From a virus, in IMG/VR virus record IMGVR_UViG_3300025769_014365, positions 1 to 64,000 of that record: a stretch of DNA of 64,000 nt. One strand, 5' to 3'. The translations under genes were made by a program, and so were the position numbers. The stretch's first letter is position 1. Every line of letters begins with the position of its first letter. This document shows, one piece after another, positions 53,322 to 62,200 of the stretch. Below the pieces are notes generated by a model. It was not told the origin of the DNA. It was given only the letters and a program-made list of their open reading frames with translations, and made no database searches.

Positions 53322-53886
53322 TTTTCTGTATCACGATCCTGTTTATGTTGAATGTGGATTCGAAGCAGTAATTGACCGCTTGTGCCACTTCCTTGGTTGT
53401 CAGTTTTGGCAGTGTGGTCCATAAATCCTTGGTCATCTCTGTGTCAACCACGTCTGGACACACATCATACACCGACATTGGTCTGGGCAAAAGATCCTCT
53501 TGCAACTCTGATATGTATCCTATCAGTTCTCTCTTGTCATCGCAGTACTGTTGATAATCTGCATCGTCAAAATCCTCGTCCCTTCCCTCTGGTGTGCCTG
53601 ACGTGCTGGTTATCACAGCGACTTTTTTCCTGTGGTCGTGATATCTTCCATACATGCTCTTTAATAGATTTAGTTGATACCTGCCTGCGTGGGCATTGAT
53701 AACGATGAGGTCACAATCCCGTACGGTATCCACTATTTTCTCTTGGTCCACAGTGATGTCATATCCATTAGACCTGCTCATCCCGATCACTCGGTATCCC
53801 TTGTCCTTGTATAATTCTGCTATGGCCCGTCCTATGCCGCGGGTGTGGCCTATGATTGCTATGCTATTTGTTTTTCCTTGACTCAT
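53311..53886 (-). CDS. Short-chain dehydrogenase/reductase
   Basis: IIGHTRGIG, INAHAG, YxxxK (YCDDK), PDVVDT. Confidence 0.8.
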   Translation of the reverse strand: MSQGKTNSIAIIGHTRGIGRAIAELYKDKGYRVIGMSRSNGYDITVDQEKIVDTVRDCDLIVINAHAGRYQLNLLKSMYGRYHDHRKKVAVITSTSGTPEGRDEDFDDADYQQYCDDKRELIGYISELQEDLLPRPMSVYDVCPDVVDTEMTKDLWTTLPKLTTKEVAQAVNYCFESTFNINRIVIQKNAS

Positions 53887-54532
53887 ACACATTCACTAGG
53901 TTCTCCAACCCCTCGAAACACTCCGAATAGTGCTGGTAATATTCCTCGAACCTTTCCTTAGTGTACTGCGATTCTTTCCAAAAGTCAATCAGAAGTGTGG
54001 TCCTTGGTTTAGGATTGTGGTTGAACCCGTTGTGTAATTGGAGTCCTGGTTGGAAAACGTATGCCTCACCGGTCTTCCAGGTCATAAGTTCCTGTTCCTT
54101 GGTGTCGAGATTCAACACCCACATGCCGCTCTGGTCGCCTCCTCCATCATCCAGGCACATCTGGTATCTCCATCCGCCCTCGTTGTCGGTGTGGTTGCCT
54201 ATCTTGGTGTTGGCACCAACGGTCATTATGGCCACGTTGGTCTTGTATGGGAATTTCCTCAGTATTGAGTACAGCATTGGATAGTCATTAAACGACTGTC
54301 CCTCGTGGTCGCCTGATTGTATGCCCAGTGCCCGCCATTCACCGTGAACGTAATCCCCTGACCTGTCATCGAAGTCCTCGGGCAGTCCCCTCACGCTATC
54401 AGAGAAGTCTTCCGGATCTAGGAATGTCTTGTTGGGCTGTGAGTCGAACTCGTGTTTGATGTCTTGCCAGTGTTTGTCAAGTTGTCGGAAGCATTCGCCC
54501 TGTTGGCCGTGGTAGAAACTGTTATCAAGCAT
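53864..54532 (-). CDS. Aspartyl/asparaginyl beta-hydroxylase-like Fe/2OG oxygenase
   Basis: W..IK.E, HTD, WKTGE, LHNGFN, RTTLLID. Confidence 0.8.
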   Translation of the reverse strand: MLDNSFYHGQQGECFRQLDKHWQDIKHEFDSQPNKTFLDPEDFSDSVRGLPEDFDDRSGDYVHGEWRALGIQSGDHEGQSFNDYPMLYSILRKFPYKTNVAIMTVGANTKIGNHTDNEGGWRYQMCLDDGGGDQSGMWVLNLDTKEQELMTWKTGEAYVFQPGLQLHNGFNHNPKPRTTLLIDFWKESQYTKERFEEYYQHYSECFEGLENLVNVYESRKNK

Positions 54533-55949
54533 TCAGTATATTAACATTTTTACCATGAATCTGTCTATCATGATCTCGCCAATTGCTGAATATCCCCTCG
54601 CCGTGGTTGATAAGTTCTTCCTGTTCGCTCAATTCAAAGTAGTCTGTGAATTCTGTGCCATCTATCATAATTCTTCTGTGTTCTGAACCAAACACATAAA
54701 CAATGTGTTCATCATCGCCTAGCGAAACTCCATGTGTGCTGTTCTCTACACGTGTCCATTTACCGTCTTCTTTGACCATGTGTGTGCCTGAAACTTTTAT
54801 TCCTTTGTAGTCATACAGATTGTCTATGAGGAATTTACCTGTTGCGAATACGAATCCACCTACCGCCACCTCGTCTCGGATGTCTACTTGTTCAACAGGT
54901 TTCAGTGATCCATCCGCCATGGTGATCATTGTGCCCGCTATGAAACAGCCGCCGCCACCTGATCCTGGTGTTCCTGAACTTGTACTTCCTGTGGCATCGC
55001 CAAATCCGGCCGCCGTCTCTGTGAATGTTGACAGGGCGAATATTGCTTTCCATGTACCACCCACTTTTGTAAAGGCCGATGTTATCCTTTTCCACGCACC
55101 ACTCACTTTATAATACAACGCATTTGCGATCTTCCACTCGCCGCCCACTTTGACATATCCTCGTGCATTCGTGTTGAATATGACCACTGCTTTGCCGTCT
55201 GCACCTGACCCGCTTGGTTTCCCTCCCACTGCGACTCCTGAAGTGTAATACTGTGATCCCGTGCCGCCTGGTGTGACCCCTGATCCGTTACTTTCTGTAC
55301 CACCGGCCGCTAGATTGGCTCCCGAGTACCCGCCGGTTCCGCCATTGTCTCCTGAACCACCGGATCCGCCTCGACCACCTTGGTATCCTCCACCGCCGGC
55401 TCCACCGCCCGCTCCGTCTCCGCTGTGATCGGCTCCGTTCTCCCCCAGTGTGGCTGGAGAATTCGCTGTTGCTAAATTCGTGTTTATACCTGCCGTGCCG
55501 TTTGATCCTGCACCTGCACCTGCGCCACCGGCTCCACCGCCCGCGATCGCTATACCGGTGCCTCCTATCAGTACCGCTGTGGCACCTCCGCCACCGCCAC
55601 CTGACCCTGAGTATGGGCTTGGGCCCGCGTTACCGCCTCGTCCTCCTGAGTATCCTGTGATGCTCTTACCGTTTGCGCCACCTGGTGCGCCGCCACCTGA
55701 CGATCCACCAGCTCCGCCGCCACCCACGGCAATGTCCATTGTCTGTCCTATCTGCGCGGCTGAAATTGATATGGAAGTCGCAGTCACGTAGTGACCCGCG
55801 GCACCTGTGCCACCTGGTCCGCCCGCATCTGATCCACCGCCGCCTCCGGCTCCTCCCCAGAGGTGCACGTCAATAGAGGTCGTTCCTGGTGGTATCACCA
55901 CCTGATTTAAAGTTCCTGTGTAATTGAACGTAAAGACGCTTGCCGCCAT
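54525..55949 (-). CDS. Glycine-rich fiber/adhesin-like protein with C-terminal Hint autoprocessing domain
   Basis: WGGAGGGGG...GGGGGAT glycine-rich domain; three KVGG.WK repeats; G|CFIAGTMITMADG..K.VE.V...D.V, KVSGTH, VY. Confidence 0.8.
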   Translation of the reverse strand: MAASVFTFNYTGTLNQVVIPPGTTSIDVHLWGGAGGGGGSDAGGPGGTGAAGHYVTATSISISAAQIGQTMDIAVGGGGAGGSSGGGAPGGANGKSITGYSGGRGGNAGPSPYSGSGGGGGGATAVLIGGTGIAIAGGGAGGAGAGAGSNGTAGINTNLATANSPATLGENGADHSGDGAGGGAGGGGYQGGRGGSGGSGDNGGTGGYSGANLAAGGTESNGSGVTPGGTGSQYYTSGVAVGGKPSGSGADGKAVVIFNTNARGYVKVGGEWKIANALYYKVSGAWKRITSAFTKVGGTWKAIFALSTFTETAAGFGDATGSTSSGTPGSGGGGCFIAGTMITMADGSLKPVEQVDIRDEVAVGGFVFATGKFLIDNLYDYKGIKVSGTHMVKEDGKWTRVENSTHGVSLGDDEHIVYVFGSEHRRIMIDGTEFTDYFELSEQEELINHGEGIFSNWRDHDRQIHGKNVNILNA

Positions 55950-55953
55950 GGGA

Positions 55954-57345
55954 TTAGGCCTCCCTTACGAACCAGAAGTCCCCGTCATTGCCATCTCCGC
56001 TTGTTGGCAGAGAAGTAGAAACAGTCTTCTCCGAACCACCCCATTGGTCTCCAAAGGTGGCAACCTGTGCTATGGTCGGCACTGTTGATCTAGAATCTGT
56101 TGTTGTGATAGCCGAACCTGGTGTTGCTACGGTCAATGAATCTAAAGTCAATCCACCTGTTGATGATGACTTCAGTGTAGTAGAGTGATTCGCCGCACCA
56201 TCATCTGTGGTGTCCGCCAATCTTATAATCTGTGAGTAAGTGGCGTTCTCTCCGGCCTCCCAGTAGTTGCCTGTCACATTATATTTCAATCTTGCGTCGT
56301 CGGTGTCTGATGTTTCCACTATAATTCCTGAATCTGTTTCGGAATTGCCTGTGTTTAATTTAATGAAAGCGTCATTTACTATGTTGATTTCACTCGAACT
56401 GTTCTCAAACTCTCCTGTGATTGTCAAGTTACCTGTGACTGTTACATCACCTGTTAATCCTATCGCCCCTGTGGCGCCTGTGAAGGACAACGGAGTCTTA
56501 GTCACACCGCCATCATTGATCGTGAAACTTAAATCTTTATCCTGTGAAGTCTGTGCTATTGTGACATTGTTGCTTGTCACTGTGATCGATAACTCTTGTG
56601 CGTCTCCAACAACTAATCCTCCATCCGAATCTATTGTCAGTGACCCGGCAGTGGTGTCCGCGGCGTCCGCCCTAAGGAAGTTGCCTCCAGCAATAAGTGA
56701 CGCTGATGAATTTGTGGTTGAACTGACGTCGACGAATGTGGCCTGTGTGTTGGTTCCTTCGAACACTGCTCCCAGTGTTGAATTGAGTGTGAGTCCTGCT
56801 TTTATCTCTGCGAATCCCGTCTGTGTGGCAGTTGGTGTGAACGTTTCCTTGGAAAGTATAGCCACCCTGGTGTTGCCCACGTACATGGAAGAAACAACCT
56901 TGTTGCCTCCTGAGCTGGCCAGTGTCTCGATCTTCCATCCTGACAGTGTCTGACCTGATGTGTAGACCGGTCCCACCAATTGCCATGCCGTGCCCGTGTA
57001 GGCATAGACCTGGTCGTCGTCCGTGTCCAACCAAAGGTCTCCTGTTGACGGTGATGTTGGCTGTGCTGAACTGGCTTTCGCTCCACCTGTGGGTTTGAAA
57101 CTGGTTCCGTCATAAACTTTTATCTGATTTGTCGTGGTGTCGAACCACAGTTCACCCCTAAGTGGTGCTGTGGGTGCCGATGTTGAAGCGGCGTTCTCTA
57201 ATAGTTTGACTAGGTTCTCATTGAGACCCTCACCAAAACCCGAATATGATTTACCAAACAACTGCAACGAAGTGGTGTTGTCCACCGTTCCGTCTGTGAT
57301 CGTTGTTACTACCGTTCCGTCTGTTTTGTTTATTGTGTACGCCAT
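55954..57345 (-). CDS. Baseplate/tail fiber structural protein
   Basis: MAYTINKTDG, GKSYSGFGE, GELWFD, GDLWLD; ends GDFWF. Confidence 0.75.
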   Translation of the reverse strand: MAYTINKTDGTVVTTITDGTVDNTTSLQLFGKSYSGFGEGLNENLVKLLENAASTSAPTAPLRGELWFDTTTNQIKVYDGTSFKPTGGAKASSAQPTSPSTGDLWLDTDDDQVYAYTGTAWQLVGPVYTSGQTLSGWKIETLASSGGNKVVSSMYVGNTRVAILSKETFTPTATQTGFAEIKAGLTLNSTLGAVFEGTNTQATFVDVSSTTNSSASLIAGGNFLRADAADTTAGSLTIDSDGGLVVGDAQELSITVTSNNVTIAQTSQDKDLSFTINDGGVTKTPLSFTGATGAIGLTGDVTVTGNLTITGEFENSSSEINIVNDAFIKLNTGNSETDSGIIVETSDTDDARLKYNVTGNYWEAGENATYSQIIRLADTTDDGAANHSTTLKSSSTGGLTLDSLTVATPGSAITTTDSRSTVPTIAQVATFGDQWGGSEKTVSTSLPTSGDGNDGDFWFVREA

Positions 57346-57355
57346 TTGTGTGTAT

Positions 57356-58534
57356 TTAGCACCTTCCCACCACTATATTAATTGTGCCTATTTCCTCGGA
57401 ATCATAGTCCTCTAAGGCTTTTCCTATGACTTCTCCAACCTGTGGGTCGTGTGTCTTTTTTGCTACCCCATGGTGCGTTGGGTGTGACGACAACATGTCA
57501 CCCTTGTTGATGTGTCCCACTACCTTACATTTTACCTTGCCCATCAACGCTACAGGCAAGCCTGTCGCTCCTGCATTCATCAAGTAGGCTGGATTCTCAC
57601 TGATAACTCCCGCGATCCTTGTGTCATTGCCTTCCTTGGAGATCGTAATTTCCTTATCGCCACCAAATATCACAACAGTTCCCACTTCATACTCGGCATC
57701 TGATTCGTAGATCTCAGCCAAGTCAGCGTACTGCGCCGAACTCGCTGTCGTGGTCAGCACGTTGGTACTGGGATTGTAGGTCAGTCCAGTGTCGGTCTCG
57801 ATGCCCTGTGTGCCTGTGGCACCGTCAACGAACGTGAGGTACACGGTCTCGTTGGTGGAGTTGTTGGCGCTCACAGTGACGTTGGTTGCCTCTGTCGCCG
57901 TGTCCGCATTGCCTGTAACATCACCTATCAATGCTCCTTCCAACACGTTTGTCGATGAATTCAACGTGATGCCGGTGCGAATTGTTGTGAAACCTGATAT
58001 GGTGCTCTTGGGTGTGAATGAGTTGTCTGAAATTATGGCTATGAGCGTGTCATCGTTGTACCATTTTGTTATGTTCCTAGAGACATCGCCCGAATCTAAA
58101 ATGGTCTCATAAACAAAACCATTTGTGGTACCTGTTGATGATGGCGGACCCACTAGTATCGAACTGCTTCCGTTATAGAAGTACAGTTGTCCTGTATCTG
58201 AATCGATCCAAAGGTCTCCTTGATTTATGGCGCTGGGTTCGGTTGCCTGGTATGGTACGTTTCCGCCCGATGGGATGAAGTCAGCGCCTGTGTAAACCTT
58301 GAGCCTGTTGTTGGCGCTGTCAAACCATAGTTGTCCTTTAATGGGTTTAGTGGGCGCCGTGCTGTTGGAAAAGTTTTCTAGAAGATGTAGGAAGTTCTCC
58401 GCTATGGATTCCCCGTAACCTGCGTACCCCTTTCCTATGAAACTGAGATCAGTCTGCGTGTTTATCACACCATCCTGTACCGTGTACTGGTTTGGTGATT
58501 CTGAATTGTTAGTCTTGTTTACCGTGTAGGGCAT
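57356..58534 (-). CDS. Tail fiber/baseplate protein with C-terminal ADLAE domain
   Basis: GKGYAGYGE..ENF..GQLWFD; QYADLAEIY...GVIS..PAYLMN..VIGKALE. Confidence 0.75.
   Translation of the reverse strand: MPYTVNKTNNSESPNQYTVQDGVINTQTDLSFIGKGYAGYGESIAENFLHLLENFSNSTAPTKPIKGQLWFDSANNRLKVYTGADFIPSGGNVPYQATEPSAINQGDLWIDSDTGQLYFYNGSSSILVGPPSSTGTTNGFVYETILDSGDVSRNITKWYNDDTLIAIISDNSFTPKSTISGFTTIRTGITLNSSTNVLEGALIGDVTGNADTATEATNVTVSANNSTNETVYLTFVDGATGTQGIETDTGLTYNPSTNVLTTTASSAQYADLAEIYESDAEYEVGTVVIFGGDKEITISKEGNDTRIAGVISENPAYLMNAGATGLPVALMGKVKCKVVGHINKGDMLSSHPTHHGVAKKTHDPQVGEVIGKALEDYDSEEIGTINIVVGRC
57713..57890 (-). repeat. Coding module shared with 51813-51990
   Basis: Direct comparison of DNA and protein. 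Confidence 0.85.
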
Positions 58535-59262
58535 TAGTATCCTGTGTTAGCACCTGAAGTCGTTCCGCTGACTGTGTTCGATGTTGACAGTGCAGTCGAG
58601 CTGGTCTCAGTAAATGTTGTTAAACTTTGAATCCTTAGAGTGTAATCAATCTGTATCAACCTGTTCAATGACTTCTGTACAGGATGGAATATCACGTGTG
58701 TTAGTAATTTGTTCGTTGAACCATTTTCCGTTCCTTCCCAACTCTTGAGTCCTAATTCATCGAACACGTAATCGCCATTGAAATCCGTGGTGTTGTCAAA
58801 TGCGGCCTGTCCGGTGGGCTCACCATAGTCCAGTGTACAGGTGCACACGATGTCAGTGTACTTGTTACCGGCGGTGTGTCTGATCTCCATCTTGTTCCTG
58901 GTCGTGTCCTTGTTGGTTGCTGAGTTGTCGTCTATCACTTTGTAGTACGTCTGATTGTATAGACTAGCATTGGTTCCTGTGGAATTTGGGGTAAGGTATG
59001 TAATGACACCCGTTGGGTCAACGCTGGTTCCGCCGTTGCCAAATGCCATCTCGTGGACGAAACCTGTTGTTTTGTTTGCTAAGCTGTTTGCCAGTGCCTG
59101 TGACATGTTCTCGTAGTGTATGGCGTTTCTTTTGTCAACTATGACCTCGCCCGTCTCTGGGTCGAAGATCTTGATGTGTCCTGTCATCATGACACCCGTG
59201 TTGTCCTGTGGCTTCTTTTGTTCCTGCTTTTTAGATTCTTGTGATTTGTCTTGCTGTGTCAT
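58534..59262 (-). CDS. Baseplate-associated structural protein
   Basis: GHIKI..NAIH, MAFGNGG, FDELGL, LLTHVIFHPVQKS. Confidence 0.7.
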   Translation of the reverse strand: MTQQDKSQESKKQEQKKPQDNTGVMMTGHIKIFDPETGEVIVDKRNAIHYENMSQALANSLANKTTGFVHEMAFGNGGTSVDPTGVITYLTPNSTGTNASLYNQTYYKVIDDNSATNKDTTRNKMEIRHTAGNKYTDIVCTCTLDYGEPTGQAAFDNTTDFNGDYVFDELGLKSWEGTENGSTNKLLTHVIFHPVQKSLNRLIQIDYTLRIQSLTTFTETSSTALSTSNTVSGTTSGANTGY

Positions 59263-59271
59263 CTAGTGTAT

Positions 59272-62200
59272 TTATTCAGGTGCATTTGTGGGCTCACTCG
59301 CTATGAATTGAGCTGGTTGAGTCGTAGAAGCCTGTAATCCCTTGCCGTCCGCTGGATTACCATCTGCGCCCGTGTACCAGACCTGTCCTTTCTTGTGTAA
59401 TATCTTGATCTGCGTGCCCGAAGCGGGTGCGGCGCTCAACGTAACTGCCGTTGTGCTTCCGTCCACAGAGTAGTTTATGGTTGACCCATCCTCGCTGGTG
59501 AGCAACAATCGTTGGCCACCAATGAATATGTCTAACTCTCCAGCGTTGGATGGTGTTTGTGATAGTGCGAACGTCACAGTACTACCATCACCAGTGAAGG
59601 TGTTGGTGTACACTGTGTCCGCGTAAGGGACGGTTTGAGTACCAGACGCGTCTACCACTTCTGTGCCTGATCCGTGCTCCTTAATTCCTGTTCCTAAAGT
59701 TCCACGCCTTAGTTGTCCCAGCGTGTTGCCTGATTTAGTGAAGTATTCTATTCTTTCCTTGTCTATGAAGATAACGCCCGGCGTGTTGCTGGCTATGTCT
59801 GGTGTTCCCAGCACTGAACCGTCTTCCACTGTAATGGTTTGTGTGCCTTCGATCATGTCGATGGTCAATTTAGTCGTCGCCGTCTTACTGATGCGTTTGT
59901 AGAAGGTCCTGTTCAGCATGTCCTTGAATATCCTGAATCCCGTGGCACCCACCGCTGACTCCAGTGCGAAGTACATCACGTCAATCCTGTCCGACGCAGT
60001 TATAGTTTTTCCTGTAATTGTCAGTGTTGTGTCTGACACGGTGTAGTCGTACTGCTGTGTCAACTGTTCACCGTTCAGCCACACGTAGGTGTATGTGGCG
60101 TTGAGTGGGGCGAATCTCAAGGCGAACACACCTCCCGGTCTGCCCTCCAGCACCTCACGCCTCTGTTTCATTCCCAGTGCGTTGTTGAATGTTGTGACCG
60201 ATATGACGTCTCCTGCGGTCAATGAGTATGGTGAAGTTATGGCACTTGGTTTCAAGATTATGTCCGTGCCCTCGTTGTAGTAGTGATTGTCCACCAGCGT
60301 TGATATGCAGATCACGTCAGTGGCCGTTGGCACGGCACCTGACACGAATTCAACGTTCTGGTTTCCAATGTCCACAGTGTAATCAGTGTTGAGATCTTTC
60401 TTGGTTCCGTTGACGTATACTTCCACTTGTGCGGCAGATGTGATTGTCTTGGCAGGATCAACCGTTGACCCATCTCCCAGACCAGATGCCACACCGTAGG
60501 TGTATGTGCTACCATCGCCCAGGTAGTATGTGTTGTCTGGACCTCGCAACATCCTGCCGTTGACTTCCACCATTGTGAGACCAGAGAATGGTCCTATCGC
60601 TCCCGGTGGGTATGTCAGCGTGTGCCTGTTTGTTGATCCATCATAGGTGATTGTGTCATTCCTGATCGAAGCATAACTCCTAGTGGAGGTGGTGGATTTG
60701 TTGAAGCCTGCGATCTGTATGTACTCACCGGAGGCCGGTGCTGTAGTGAATGTCACAGTGATCGTGTTTGCCGTGGTTGTGGTGGTGTAGGCGGTTGTTG
60801 GCACTCCGTCTATGGTTATGTACATGTCGCTCGAAGTTGAGTCTAGATTGAACTCTCCCCTCGTAGATGTCGTGAACACAGCAGTTGACCCATCACCTGT
60901 GAACGTGTCGAGAACCCTGTAGTTCTCACCGGATATCGCGAACACTTTAGTTGATATAACGGACAGCGCCGCGGGTGCCGTGGTGAACGTTATGGTCTTA
61001 TTGGCAACATCAACAGTGTAGTCCGTGGTCAGTTTCTTTATAACACCGTCTACGGTTACCGTCACTGATCCCAGTGTGCCTGGGAAGTCTCCTATGGCGT
61101 ACTCAGTGGTGTTGCCGTCACCCCTGTAGTTCTTCTCTGTGATGAAAGGCACACCCGACTCAGGTGACGTGTAGACCTTTATGTCCAAGGTGTCGAACAG
61201 TTGTCCCGGCACCGTCTCCTCTGGTGCGTAACTGGTGTCTGGGTTGACGAAGTCGTCACCCTCCAAGATGATGTCGCTTGGCGCGTAGCCCAGCGCTGAT
61301 CCAAACAGTCCGCCCTGTATGATGCTCTCCAGTGTCCTGTCGTCCGTTGGCGTGAGAACTCCGTCGTCATCGAAAGGTATGAATTCCACCAACGCGTTGG
61401 CGTCTGGGGTCTCGCTGATAGTGAATGCTGTGGTCGACCCGTCACCCCTTATTACGTCATCCAGTTTCCTCCTAGTGCTGTCGTCTGCCGTGATGTAGAC
61501 CTGGTAAACGTCTGACGTGGACGGTGCTGTGTCAAAAGTGTATGTGGCTGTTGAGCCGTCCGCCCTGAAAGCCTTGACCCTTGAATCTCCGTAGTTGTCC
61601 CATGGGAAGTCGTACCATCCTGACCTGTCCCAACCCTGTTCCTGTGAGAACAGCAGTCCTGTTACCATAGTGCCACCATAATCGACACCGGTCATGACCT
61701 GGTCCAGCTCGTTGCCTGGCATGCCAGAACCTGGTGTGTAGAAACCCTTGGTCCTGTCCGCCGCGGTCAAACCTGTCTCATCTCCGTATACCTTGTAGAC
61801 ATCTCCGATGTTGTCGTCGAAGTCGGTGGTCGATGTGAAAGCACTCGTGGCCTTGTATAATTCGTTGTTGTATCTGATCAAGTCGTTGTAGGCATATGCC
61901 GTTGATGCGGTCCAATCTTGTACCCTAGATGTGCTGGAAACCCTATCAAATTTAATGGTTGTGTCGAAATCTCTCACAAGGTCATTGTTGAGATTAGCAT
62001 AGGCTTTGGCCGTGTCTGCGGGAGTTGATCCGTCTGTTCTCCCTCCGGTTATCACAACAGTCGGAGTTGTGGTGTAGTTTGCTCCAATTCCAGTAACAGT
62101 AATTCTGGTCACAGCGCCGTTCTGGATAGTCGCTGTGGCAGTGGCCGCCGTAGTATTTGGTGTGATGTACATCTTGAATGCAGTTGATTTAGTGCCCTGT

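Noticed and set aside
54525-54950. Intein (mobile element)
   Set aside because: No C-terminal His-Asn followed by Cys/Ser/Thr and no homing endonuclease; treated as a non-splicing Hint domain.
55450-55791. Proline-rich + strand ORF / low-complexity repeat
   Set aside because: Antisense reading of the glycine codons in the fiber gene.
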